This document shows, one piece after another, positions 47,245 through 56,944 of a stretch of DNA of 64,000 bases; within the stretch, counting starts at the first letter, position 1, and each line of letters starts with the position of its first letter. The notes under the pieces were generated by a model. The model saw only the letters and a program-made list of their open reading frames with translations. It searched no databases and was not told the DNA's origin. The translations under genes were made by a program, and so were the position numbers. The stretch lies in contig CAZQFL010000001.1 in assembly GCA_964592745.1 (NCBI GenBank), forward strand, positions 12,400 to 76,399, in the 5' to 3' direction. The DNA is from an uncultured Desulfurococcaceae archaeon (GTDB lineage: Archaea > Thermoproteota > Thermoprotei_A > Sulfolobales > NBVN01).

Positions 47245-50085
47245 CTAATCACTAACTTCTCTAACCTTTGAATATATGTCTCTTGTGACCTCATATACGG
47301 TATCAGCAGCATCTCTTACTTCCTCATGATGCGTGACAACGATTAACTGAGGTATTAAGCCGCCACCTCTGAACTTCTTAAATATTTCAATCATTTGTTT
47401 TCTTCTTTCTTCATCAAGGAATATTGTTGGTTCATCAAGTATTAGGAACCCAACTCTACCTTTGAATACCACCTGATGTAGCGCTAATAATAAGGCTATT
47501 GATGTAGCTATGAGTTCACCACCACTTAATCTACCTATACTAGCTTCCATACGATCTGATACTAAAACTATGTCTAAGGTCTCCTCATTTATCCTAACAT
47601 CTGAGTAGGATAAGTTAAAGTATTCTAGGTACTCCTTCATTAAGTTCTCCAGGGATGAGATTAGTTCTCTACGTAGTATTCTTGGTACTCCATCCTTATG
47701 ATAAATATTATTCCTGATCCATAGAAGTACAGATATTTTAAGCCAAGCCCTTCTGAGTTCATCGATATCGTAGTTTAAGTACTCTAGTTCAGATTTTAAG
47801 TCTTCAGATCTTGTTTTAAGCCATTTAATTCTGTCTTCAATTCTTACCTTTTCATCTCTGATGGCTCTCCACTCATTCTCAACTTTACTTAATTCATCAC
47901 ATACTCTCTTGTAGTCTTTGACTCTTTCATCTAATAATTTAAGTTCCTCCTCGATAGATCTTAATTTTCTCATCTTATCTTCATATTCTTTCTTGAGGCT
48001 TTCTAACTCTCTCATTAATTCATCGCGTTGTTTAATCTTTAATTCAATTTCCTTAACCTTCCTCTCAGCTTCTTTAGCTATTATTAAGGCTTTTTCTAAG
48101 TCATTAGTTCCCATGACATTACTTATCCTTGTTAATAATGTACTTAATTCATTTTCAAGTGTATTGATATCATCTTTAAGCTTTTTAATTTCACCTTCAA
48201 GATTCTTAAGTGCATTCTCATTAATACCTTCACTTAGAAGTCTTTCATACTCTTCAAGATCTCTGATAACTAACTCCTTAGCACCAACTAGCCTTAATAG
48301 TTCATCCTTTCTTCTCCTTAAATCCTCTAATTCCTTACTTAAACTATCGTACTTGAGCCTTAAATTATGAATTTCATCCTTCATTCTAATAGTTATTTCT
48401 TCCTCCTTGAGTACGTCCTTAACTAGTATTTCCAATTCTATGAGATATTGAATATCTGCTTCAAGACTTTCTCTAGCTTCACTGAGTCTGGATAATTCAT
48501 TACTTAACCTATTAAGTCTCTCATTATAGTTCTTTAACTCCTTATTTAACTTCTCAATAATGTTCCTCCTACGTTCCTCACTTAATGGTTGTTCACATAG
48601 GGGGCACTTACCTCCATTTCCTGCTTGGCTAATGATCTCTAACTTATCTTTAATATCGTTAATAAAGCCTCTCAATAATTGGAGTTCACCATAGACACTA
48701 TTGTATTTTGCATTAATTTCATCTAACTCCTTTCTCAATGATGCTATACTTTTCTTAATGGCTATTAATGCTTCATTCAATGATTGTACATCTACTTTAA
48801 GAAGTTCAGATACCCTGCTTAGTACGCTTTCAGTTCTACGTCTAAATTCTGAAATCTTAGATTCCTTACTTACAATTTCGTTCTTAATTGTGTTTAATAC
48901 TGATTCTTTAGTTTTAATTTCTTCATCTATCTTTTTAATAGCCTCCTCAACATTCCTTATTGACAATACATACTTTTTCACTTCACTTAAGTCACCATAC
49001 CTACTCCTTAATTCATTGAGTTTAGCAAGATTCCTGTTCATTATCTCATACTCCTTCAATTTAGCATTTAATAATGACTTCTTACTCTCAAGTATGTTCT
49101 TAATATTTATAGCTCTCAATACATCATCATGAAGTAAAGCCTTACTTTTTAATTCATTTATGGATTTACTCTCCTTCTCTAATTTCTTAATTACCTCATC
49201 AACTTCCTTGATCTTACTTCTTAGTCTCTCTATATCAGTACGTAAACTTACTTGTGTATTCTCTAATTCATCCTTCCTACCAGTAATCCTACTTAATTCA
49301 TCCTTCTTTAACCTCAATTCTCTAACTTTAGCTTCAAGATATGACTCCTTCTTACTTACTTCGTTTAACTTCTTGCTCAATTCCCTTAACTCATTGGCAT
49401 AACTGTCTAATTCCTTCTTAATCCTCTCTGCTTCATTAATTAACGTTGAGTACATCTCTCTTATATTGTTTAAGCTTTGCTTTCTTACATTGAGTATCTG
49501 AGTACCAAATTTCTTAGTTTTAACTCTAATCTCGATTTTATCCATATTATCATAAGCCTTCTCGTAAGCTTCGAGACCTAATAATTGATCTATTAATTCC
49601 TTTCTCTTAGCTTGGGGTAATGTCAGTAGTTTACTAATCTCACCTTGAGGTACTATAGCTATTGTTTCAATAATTCTTCTCAAAGCAGTTTCAGAAACTC
49701 CGAAGAGTTCCGTTATCACCTTCTTGACCTCATTAGTACTTAAGTAGGTCTTACCACCAATCCTCACTACGGTATCGGAGAATGTCTTGCCAAACCTGCT
49801 CTGTCTTCTCTCAATGACTACCTCAGTACCACCAACGTCTAGCCATAGTTTCACGTAAGCTTCGTTACTTTTAGATATCTCATTAATTATTACGTCCTTC
49901 CTCCTACCCCTACCTTCACCTCTCAGGACCTCCCCTGTCAATGCGTAATATATAGCCTCAACAATGCTGCTCTTACCTGCACCATTAGGCCCTATTAGTG
50001 CTGTCACTCCTTTATCAAATTCTATGATGGTCTCTTTATGAGAGATGAAGTTCCTTAAATAAACTCTCCTTATGGTTATGACCAT
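47245..50085 (-). CDS. rad50: Rad50 ATPase
   Basis: GPNGAGKSS, long coiled coil with zinc hook CPLC, signature LSGGE, Walker B LILDEPT. Confidence 0.95.
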   Translation of the reverse strand: MVITIRRVYLRNFISHKETIIEFDKGVTALIGPNGAGKSSIVEAIYYALTGEVLRGEGRGRRKDVIINEISKSNEAYVKLWLDVGGTEVVIERRQSRFGKTFSDTVVRIGGKTYLSTNEVKKVITELFGVSETALRRIIETIAIVPQGEISKLLTLPQAKRKELIDQLLGLEAYEKAYDNMDKIEIRVKTKKFGTQILNVRKQSLNNIREMYSTLINEAERIKKELDSYANELRELSKKLNEVSKKESYLEAKVRELRLKKDELSRITGRKDELENTQVSLRTDIERLRSKIKEVDEVIKKLEKESKSINELKSKALLHDDVLRAINIKNILESKKSLLNAKLKEYEIMNRNLAKLNELRSRYGDLSEVKKYVLSIRNVEEAIKKIDEEIKTKESVLNTIKNEIVSKESKISEFRRRTESVLSRVSELLKVDVQSLNEALIAIKKSIASLRKELDEINAKYNSVYGELQLLRGFINDIKDKLEIISQAGNGGKCPLCEQPLSEERRRNIIEKLNKELKNYNERLNRLSNELSRLSEARESLEADIQYLIELEILVKDVLKEEEITIRMKDEIHNLRLKYDSLSKELEDLRRRKDELLRLVGAKELVIRDLEEYERLLSEGINENALKNLEGEIKKLKDDINTLENELSTLLTRISNVMGTNDLEKALIIAKEAERKVKEIELKIKQRDELMRELESLKKEYEDKMRKLRSIEEELKLLDERVKDYKRVCDELSKVENEWRAIRDEKVRIEDRIKWLKTRSEDLKSELEYLNYDIDELRRAWLKISVLLWIRNNIYHKDGVPRILRRELISSLENLMKEYLEYFNLSYSDVRINEETLDIVLVSDRMEASIGRLSGGELIATSIALLLALHQVVFKGRVGFLILDEPTIFLDEERRKQMIEIFKKFRGGGLIPQLIVVTHHEEVRDAADTVYEVTRDIYSKVREVSD

Positions 50086-51446
50086 TAAGAATCACCAAGA
50101 AATCTCAGAAGTCCCTCACCTTTACGTAAAGGCTTCTTACCCTTACTCTCACTTTTACTTAATTCTTTAGAAGGCACTTCAACAGTTCCTATACCCAATG
50201 GTATCTTCTCAACTCTTAACGGTTCTAAAACCCCTACCTTAGATCTCCAGATGCTTTCATATTTAAATAATTCATTAATGTACTCATTAATGTCGCCAGA
50301 CTCCAAATTAGCTAATATATTCTTAATTTTAATAATTGCCTCAGCTAAGTCTCTACTGATGCGTTCATCCTTAACACCTAACGTGTTACTTATGAACCCC
50401 TTAACTATATCGATTTCATCAACATTTTCGGGAGATATTTGCTTGAGACCCTCCCTTGACTCTTTAATTACCTTTAGTTTAGGTCTTACATATATATTTT
50501 GGCCTGCAATATTAATTAATTCATCGATTACATTCTTACTTAGGTTCTTCTTACTTGCTTCAATCTCTAAATCTACATGAAGTATCCCCTTATCCCAAGT
50601 CTTACCTAAGCCTAATGATCTCAATTTACTTACAGCACTCCTTACTGCTAGGACATGGTTGGGATACCTTGTTGTAATTCTTAGTTGAGGTCTTACATTC
50701 ACATTTATGGTATGGATGTAAGGCTCATCACTACTTAGATCAACTATGTAGAAACCCTTACCTTCCTTAAGCCATACATCAATCTCATCTACACGTAGTA
50801 TCTCCAAGCTACCTGGATATGCCACAACCCCACCGCTTTCTAGTCTAGTCTTTACCCTCCTATGTAGATGACCCATAGCGACATATGTTACCTCATCGGG
50901 TATGTCATTTAAATCAATCCCCTCCTCAAATACGAAGAATTGCTTGATGGACTGATGCAGCATGAGTATAGACTTTCTATACTGCTTTAATACATGTTTA
51001 AGATTAGTAAGTTTTGACTTGAGAGCGCTTAAGTACTTCATTTTTGATGGGTGATGGGAAATACCTGCTATTAGGTATTTCTCGCCTTCAATAATTACTT
51101 CATCATGTAAAGGGGTCTTTGATGTTCCAAGAAGTTTAAGACCAGGAATTAAAATTTGAGGTGCTTCATCACTCCTCCTAGGTATGTCATGCTCGCCAAG
51201 AATAGTGTAAATTTTTATGCCCTTCTCAAGTGCTTTCTTAACAACTTCAATAGCTATTTTTAGTGCTTTATTAGGTGGTCTATATCTATCAAACATATCA
51301 CCAGAAATAACTACAACGTTGACACCTTCCTTAATAGCCTTATCCATAGCTTCAAGGAAGACTCTATATATGTCGTCCTCCCTCCATGTATACCCGTACT
51401 GTGCAAACCCTAAGTGAATGTCAGCAAGATGTGCTAGAAGCATCAT
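50085..51446 (-). CDS. mre11: Mre11 nuclease
   Basis: Phosphoesterase motifs DIHLG, GDMFD, GEHD, MLHQ, GHLH. Start set at MMLLAHLADIHLG. TAATG overlap with the rad50 start. Confidence 0.9.
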   Translation of the reverse strand: MMLLAHLADIHLGFAQYGYTWREDDIYRVFLEAMDKAIKEGVNVVVISGDMFDRYRPPNKALKIAIEVVKKALEKGIKIYTILGEHDIPRRSDEAPQILIPGLKLLGTSKTPLHDEVIIEGEKYLIAGISHHPSKMKYLSALKSKLTNLKHVLKQYRKSILMLHQSIKQFFVFEEGIDLNDIPDEVTYVAMGHLHRRVKTRLESGGVVAYPGSLEILRVDEIDVWLKEGKGFYIVDLSSDEPYIHTINVNVRPQLRITTRYPNHVLAVRSAVSKLRSLGLGKTWDKGILHVDLEIEASKKNLSKNVIDELINIAGQNIYVRPKLKVIKESREGLKQISPENVDEIDIVKGFISNTLGVKDERISRDLAEAIIKIKNILANLESGDINEYINELFKYESIWRSKVGVLEPLRVEKIPLGIGTVEVPSKELSKSESKGKKPLRKGEGLLRFLGDS

Positions 51447-51573
51447 CCCCACTAATGAAGACTCTACAACTAGACTTATTAATATAAGTTTAAAAAGGTA
51501 TGGGTAGTTAAGATAGAGCATATTACTAAGAATGAGGTATTTCAACAATTAAAAAGTCTCAATACTAGATTAA

Positions 51574-52446
51574 TTGAGGATGAAGGAGTACCTATTTAAG
51601 CCTAAAGAAGTTATAGTCGTTACTAAACACTTAGTTAAGTACATAGAAGAGAACCTACGTAAGGACACATCATGTTTCAAAATAACTCCTGACTTAGGTA
51701 TTACCTATATAAACGTATGTGTAGTTAATGGTAAGTTGAGAATCGATAGTACGTTTCTAGATGTAGAATTAGCTAAGAATGTGATAGGGGATGACAATAG
51801 TGTTTATGCTCTAGTAAATGATGAACTACTACCACTTAAATTCTATGATAGGAATAAGAGGAGATTCTACAAGCTCCGTAGTTTAGGTATGGAGAAACCG
51901 CCTACACTAGAAATTAATGGTATTCACATGCATAGAATTGAAGGTATAGATCCATTAAGTGATGCATACATTAAGGTTAAAAGTGTAGGACCGTTAGTTA
52001 ATGGCTATGTATTAGATATAGGGACTGGATTAGGTTATACAGCAATAACTGCTATGAGACTTGGTGCTCGTGAAGTTATATCAGTAGAAATTGATGAGAA
52101 TGTCTTAGATATAGCTACATTTAATCCTTGGTCTAGACAGTTAGCTAATGTAAGAATAATACTAGGCGATATAACCGAAGTAATTCAAGAATTTAGTGAT
52201 AATACCTTTACTCACGTAATTCATGACCCACCAAGATTTGAACTTGCAGGTGAACTATATAGTTATGATTTTTACAGAGAAATATATAGAGTATTAAAGC
52301 CTGGAGGTAAGCTATTTCATTACGTAGGAAAGCCTAAACAAAGAAGAGCAAACATCATTAAGGGTGTTAAGGAGAGATTGAGAAGAGCAGGTTTTACACG
52401 TATTATATGGATTGAGAAGGCTTTAGGGTTTAAAGCTATTAAGTAA
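51574..52446 (+). CDS. class I SAM-dependent methyltransferase (archaeal type, DPPxF motif)
   Basis: VLDIGTGLGYTA (motif I) and HDPPRF (amino-methyltransferase-like motif IV). Confidence 0.75.
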   Translation: MRMKEYLFKPKEVIVVTKHLVKYIEENLRKDTSCFKITPDLGITYINVCVVNGKLRIDSTFLDVELAKNVIGDDNSVYALVNDELLPLKFYDRNKRRFYKLRSLGMEKPPTLEINGIHMHRIEGIDPLSDAYIKVKSVGPLVNGYVLDIGTGLGYTAITAMRLGAREVISVEIDENVLDIATFNPWSRQLANVRIILGDITEVIQEFSDNTFTHVIHDPPRFELAGELYSYDFYREIYRVLKPGGKLFHYVGKPKQRRANIIKGVKERLRRAGFTRIIWIEKALGFKAIK

Positions 52447-52469
52447 GTTAAAAACAAATATATTTAAGG

Positions 52470-54215
52470 TTATGATGGTGTCACAGGCCTTCTAAGTGAT
52501 AGGAGGAAGTCTATTAGTAACATTATGTTTAGTATGAGTCCTATACCAGTGATTATACCTACGGCGTAGCCTGTTACAGGATTCGTAGCTATAGTCGCTG
52601 GAACCACCACTGCTTCATACCAACCTAAGGCTACAGTGACCGTTATCCATAGGAAGAATGCTGGTGTAAACGTTAATCCCTTACCTAAGGCGGTTGTCCT
52701 CTGTATCTTAGCTGCCCATAAAGCAACAGTCATTAAAGCTAATGATGCTAATAATTGGTTCATTCCTGCGAAAGCGGGCCATAAAACCTTCCATGCGGCA
52801 CCCCATGCCAGCGGTAATGCTATAATAACGAGTATTATTGACGCTAACCACCTATTAGCTAATACCTTATAAAGTGATGGAACCCTATCCTTAAGCGGTG
52901 TCATCAGTTCTTGCCAAGCAAACCTACCAAGTCGGGTAGCGGTGTCTAATGATGTTAGAGCGAAACCCGTAATCCAGAGAGCTGCAAAAACAGCCATAGC
53001 CTCGAATGGTAGTCCAAATACGGCATTGGTTGCTGCCGCGTATGAGTATGGTATTATTACGAACCATTTATACTTACCTAAGATGCTGGTCCATGTAGCA
53101 GCAGCTTGTGCAGGATCTGCGAGGGTTTGTGCTTGAGCTAATGTTAATCCGGCTCTAGTTAATGCCTCGAAGGCGAAGGAACCTAATAGAGCTATGACCA
53201 TAGTTGAGAGGAAGCCCTCAGTAAGCATCCCACCATACCCGACGAGTAATCCATGAGTTTCATTAGCTAACTGTTTTGATGAAGTACCTGAACCTACTAA
53301 GCTATGGAATCCCGATAAAGCACCACAAGCCACAACTAGAGGTATAGTTGGCCAGAATGGTGATGGTTGACCACCAACAACTTTAGCTGTTAATAATGAT
53401 GTCACTGCAGGTATCTCCATACCCCTAAATGCAGCTATAGCTGCCGCACCTCCTATGACTAAGCTAGCCCATAATATGTAAGCATTAAGGTAATCCCTAG
53501 GTTGAAGTAGTATCCAAACAGGTATTGAAGCGGCGATTATACAGTAAATAGCTAATATAGATACCCAAGCATGGTATGATAATTGTAAAGGTACGTACAT
53601 ACCTGTTATAACTGCTAATACCAATAGTATAACACCAACTACAGTACCTCCCCTAAATCCTAACCTAGTTCTATACATTAGTAAACCAGTAATTACAGCT
53701 ATTACCATTAAAAGTAATGCTGCAGTTGCGCTGCCTGGTACATTAGTGAATAAAATAGATACAACAACCATAAAGACAGCTACTACTAGCAGTAGGGTAA
53801 ACCATATGTATGCGTTAAATGCGTAAAATGCCCTTCTACTCATTAACTTACCTGAAATCCAAGCTATACTCCTTCCATCATACCTTACTGAACTCATGAG
53901 TGAGAGATAATCATGTACTACACCTATGAATATATTGCCAAACCAAACCCAGAGAAGCGTTGGCAACCAACCCCATGCAAGAGCTAGTGCTGGACCTGTT
54001 ATTGGCCCAGCTCCAGCTATGCTTGCGAAGTGGTGACCGTAAAGGACATACTTATTTGCTGGGACGTAGTCAACACCATCGTATAACCTCTTAGCTGGTG
54101 TTTCACGAGACGGATCAGCCCTAGCTACGTACTTCTCAAGATATTTACCATGCGTGAAGTAAGCAACTAAATATATCAGAAGACCTATAATTATAATTAA
54201 CGCTGTAGTACCCAT
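52470..54215 (-). CDS. cstA: carbon starvation protein CstA family transporter
   Basis: 581 aa polytopic protein. HFASIAGAGPITGP motif. Confidence 0.9.
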   Translation of the reverse strand: MGTTALIIIIGLLIYLVAYFTHGKYLEKYVARADPSRETPAKRLYDGVDYVPANKYVLYGHHFASIAGAGPITGPALALAWGWLPTLLWVWFGNIFIGVVHDYLSLMSSVRYDGRSIAWISGKLMSRRAFYAFNAYIWFTLLLVVAVFMVVVSILFTNVPGSATAALLLMVIAVITGLLMYRTRLGFRGGTVVGVILLVLAVITGMYVPLQLSYHAWVSILAIYCIIAASIPVWILLQPRDYLNAYILWASLVIGGAAAIAAFRGMEIPAVTSLLTAKVVGGQPSPFWPTIPLVVACGALSGFHSLVGSGTSSKQLANETHGLLVGYGGMLTEGFLSTMVIALLGSFAFEALTRAGLTLAQAQTLADPAQAAATWTSILGKYKWFVIIPYSYAAATNAVFGLPFEAMAVFAALWITGFALTSLDTATRLGRFAWQELMTPLKDRVPSLYKVLANRWLASIILVIIALPLAWGAAWKVLWPAFAGMNQLLASLALMTVALWAAKIQRTTALGKGLTFTPAFFLWITVTVALGWYEAVVVPATIATNPVTGYAVGIITGIGLILNIMLLIDFLLSLRRPVTPS

Positions 54216-54371
54216 TCTACCAACCTCTAATAAGTACCTTCCAAATGATACATACTACGCTAAAACAATATATGTTTTTCTTACTGTATAGATGTAAATT
54301 AAGTAGCGAAAACGAGAAAGGCTGGAAGAAAAAGTAATTTGCTTAGTAGAGTTAAGATAACGGGTTAGGGA

Positions 54372-54656
54372 GTGAAAGGTAAGATTTTCAGAAGGACTTT
54401 AAGGAAGGCATTAACAATAGTTAATAACTTATTTAAAGCTAAATCCATTGAGTATATCTACGTGGAGTTAAGAGAACTTGAGAATGTATTCACCTTAATA
54501 GTTCTCGGCTCATTTATAGGGCTTCCAAGTCCCCCGACAACTATATCCCTAAGGCTTCTTCCTTATATGGCTAGAGAAATAATTATTAGTACAAGTGTGA
54601 GCAGTAGATTAAACGACATGTTAGCTGAGATGGCTGGATTATTTGAAATAACTTAA
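54372..54656 (+). CDS. hypothetical protein, first gene of the ArsA-like operon
   Basis: 94-aa ORF 11 nt upstream of the ATPase gene. GTG start, no motif recognised. Confidence 0.45.
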   Translation: MKGKIFRRTLRKALTIVNNLFKAKSIEYIYVELRELENVFTLIVLGSFIGLPSPPTTISLRLLPYMAREIIISTSVSSRLNDMLAEMAGLFEIT

Positions 54657-54667
54657 GCGGGGGTATA

Positions 54668-55681
54668 ATGTTAAGTAGTAACTTTAAGGTTGTGTTCTTC
54701 ATGGGTAAAGGTGGGGTGGGTAAAACAACATGTGCAGCGGCTTTCGCTTTAGGGACATCAATCAAGAAGAGAACATTAATTGTATCGCTAGACCCTGCCC
54801 ATAATCTTGGTGATGTATTTGGTATAAGATTAAGTGATGAGCCGAAGAGAATCACTAATAATTTATATGCTATTGAGGTAGATTTTGAGAGAATGATTAG
54901 TAAGCACCTTAAGAGTTTAACTGATAAGGTTAAGGACATATATGGGTATTTAAGAGTACTAAATTTAGATAGGTATATTGATGTATTGAGGCACTCACCA
55001 GGTATTGAAGAATACGCTACGCTAGATAAGATAATGGAGATTTTAAAAAGTAATGTAGAAAGTAGAAAATATGATATCGTAGTTTTCGATACCCCACCAA
55101 CTGGTTTAACGTTACGAATTATGGCATTACCGTCAATATCAGCTATATGGGTTGAAAAATTAATGAGATTAAGAGAAGCCATTCTCGATAGAAGAAGAAT
55201 AATTGAGGAGGTTACTGGCGAGAAGATCAAGACCGTAATTAAGGGTAAGGAATTTGAAATGCCGTCAGATAAAGAGGAGGATCCCATATACAGGGAGTTA
55301 ATTCATATAAAAAGAGAGATAGATTTTGTAAACTCAATAATCAGGAACTCTAATGTGTGTATGACAGTATTAATAGTTAATCCTGAAGTCTTGCCTATAT
55401 TTGAAGCTAAGAGAGCTCTTGAATTTTTATCTAAGCTGGGCATAAATGTTCAATATGTAATAGTAAATAAAGTATTTGAGATTAGTGAGACAGCATCATT
55501 ACCTAAGGAGTTAGTAACGAAGCTAAGTCAAGAGAAAGAAGCCTTACAATTAATAAATAACTACTTTAAGCACCAGATAGTAATTAAGGTACCATTACTT
55601 TATGAAGAACCTAAAGGCCTAGACAAACTCATTACCTTCAGTAGGTATCTATCTAAGCTGATCGATAATGCGGTGGTTTAA
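54668..55681 (+). CDS. ArsA/Get3-family ATPase
   Basis: Deviant Walker A GKGGVGKTT, DPAHNL, DTPPTGLTLR. Confidence 0.85.
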   Translation: MLSSNFKVVFFMGKGGVGKTTCAAAFALGTSIKKRTLIVSLDPAHNLGDVFGIRLSDEPKRITNNLYAIEVDFERMISKHLKSLTDKVKDIYGYLRVLNLDRYIDVLRHSPGIEEYATLDKIMEILKSNVESRKYDIVVFDTPPTGLTLRIMALPSISAIWVEKLMRLREAILDRRRIIEEVTGEKIKTVIKGKEFEMPSDKEEDPIYRELIHIKREIDFVNSIIRNSNVCMTVLIVNPEVLPIFEAKRALEFLSKLGINVQYVIVNKVFEISETASLPKELVTKLSQEKEALQLINNYFKHQIVIKVPLLYEEPKGLDKLITFSRYLSKLIDNAVV

Positions 55682-55684
55682 GGT

Positions 55685-56335
55685 ATGACCCTAGACCTCA
55701 ATACTTACGACATATTCTTAATAGTATTTGTAATTGCCGTTATCGCTGTTCTTCAATTTTTTAGGGGTAGAAAGTTAAATCTCATACTTATAGAGTATAC
55801 AGCTAGGATATTTGAGGACATTCTAAAACCTAAGGATAAGGAGTATCAATGGATAGGTTTATACGTTGGTTACAAAGCTAGATTCCTAACACCTTATAAG
55901 TCCTTGGTAAGAACTGAAGCTGTAGTAACATTAATGCCTAGACATAGTCTATTTTACCTCCCAATAGCTTTTATAACATCAAGATTTGATAGGTTATACA
56001 TGTTTTTCAGGTATAATAGGAAATTCGTTAATGAGGCCCATATCATTAGGAAGCATTACTATAGGTTAGGTCCTCATAGAGTCATTAGGGGTATTGAGCG
56101 TATGGCTTTTGAAAGTATAGAGATCAAGGGAAAAACTTACTACCTAATATATAATGATTTAAGAATTGCTAGAGAGCTCGTAAATATTGTTAAAGGGTTA
56201 AGTGACCCCCATATAATTAACCATTTAGCGATCGTATCATCGAATAGTAGTTTATATGTGGCAGCTAAGATAACCCCCCAAACGTTCGAAGAATTAGTAA
56301 GGAAAATGTATATGTTGGCCCGCGAATTTGCTTAA
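55685..56335 (+). CDS. hypothetical protein with N-terminal membrane anchor
   Basis: 216 aa. N-terminal TM IFLIVFVIAVIAVLQFF. Starts 3 nt after the ATPase stop. Confidence 0.55.
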   Translation: MTLDLNTYDIFLIVFVIAVIAVLQFFRGRKLNLILIEYTARIFEDILKPKDKEYQWIGLYVGYKARFLTPYKSLVRTEAVVTLMPRHSLFYLPIAFITSRFDRLYMFFRYNRKFVNEAHIIRKHYYRLGPHRVIRGIERMAFESIEIKGKTYYLIYNDLRIARELVNIVKGLSDPHIINHLAIVSSNSSLYVAAKITPQTFEELVRKMYMLAREFA

Positions 56336-56369
56336 ATAGTGTGGATTAAATTAATAAGAGAAAAAGGGT

Positions 56370-56702
56370 TTACTCCTTACCTAGCATCTTCTTAAGCTCC
56401 TTTATTCTTTCTTCAACACTCTTTAATTCATCTTGTAAATCTCTTAGATCCTCCTCAAGAGCTTTCTTATAGTCTTCAAGCATAGCTAATTCCTCCTCAG
56501 GAGTTTGCGGTGGTGGAGGTGGTGGCGGATAGTAATAATATGGTGGGTATGGATAGTATTGCGGTGCCTGTTGCTGACTCTGAGTAGGCTGCTGCTGTGA
56601 TTGTGGTGGCTGTGGTTGATAGTAGTAATATGGTGGAGGCAGAGGTGGCATGAAGTACATCATTCTTCTAAAGAGCCTGAACCACCAACTCACACTGTTC
56701 AC
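56370..56702 (-). CDS. Pro/Tyr/Gln-rich small protein with C-terminal coiled coil (DUF5320-like tail)
   Basis: 110 aa: WWFRLFRR, PPLPPPYYYYQPQPPQSQQQ...YYPYPPYYYYPPPPPPP, then EEELAMLEDYKKALEEDLRDLQDELKSVEERIKELKK. Confidence 0.6.
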   Translation of the reverse strand: MNSVSWWFRLFRRMMYFMPPLPPPYYYYQPQPPQSQQQPTQSQQQAPQYYPYPPYYYYPPPPPPPQTPEEELAMLEDYKKALEEDLRDLQDELKSVEERIKELKKMLGKE

Positions 56703-56740
56703 CTATGAATTAATGCTTAATCAGGAAATATACTTATGCA

Positions 56741-56944
56741 TTACTGCTTACTTACCTCTAAACTCTTTGGTAATGCCTCTAATGCTTTTCTCCACGTCTC
56801 TAAAGCTACTTTATATGTCTCAAACATTAATGCGTAATAGTATGGCCATATCATCCAATACATTAATGAGCTCATAAGTGCTAGAGGATCTGGCGGGTAT
56901 GGCATGTAGGGTGTCATGTAGTACCATGGATACATTGTTATCAC
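56741..56944 (-). CDS. Tyr/Trp/Met/Pro-rich small protein
   Basis: 67 aa, MITMYPWYYMTPYMPYPP...MYWMIWPYYY plus an amphipathic C-terminal helix. The ATG overlaps the upstream stop by 4 nt. Confidence 0.5.
   Translation of the reverse strand: MITMYPWYYMTPYMPYPPDPLALMSSLMYWMIWPYYYALMFETYKVALETWRKALEALPKSLEVSKQ

Noticed and set aside
47918-49402. Plus-strand ORFs of 80-150 aa (47918..48370, 48701..49132, 49160..49402) rich in Ser/Leu/Phe.
   Set aside because: They are antisense shadows of the Rad50 coiled-coil (Glu/Lys/Leu codons read backwards). They are low-complexity with no start context.
51447-51548. 34-codon hydrophobic N-terminal extension of the mre11 ORF.
   Set aside because: Mre11 motif I (DIHLG) normally lies within the first ~10 residues. 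The internal MMLLAHLADIHLG start fits, and the extension would consume the divergent promoter.
54586-55287. 233-aa minus-strand ORF overlapping the ArsA-like gene.
   Set aside because: It is antisense to a gene with unambiguous P-loop motifs, and its product is low-complexity Ser/Leu/Ile.
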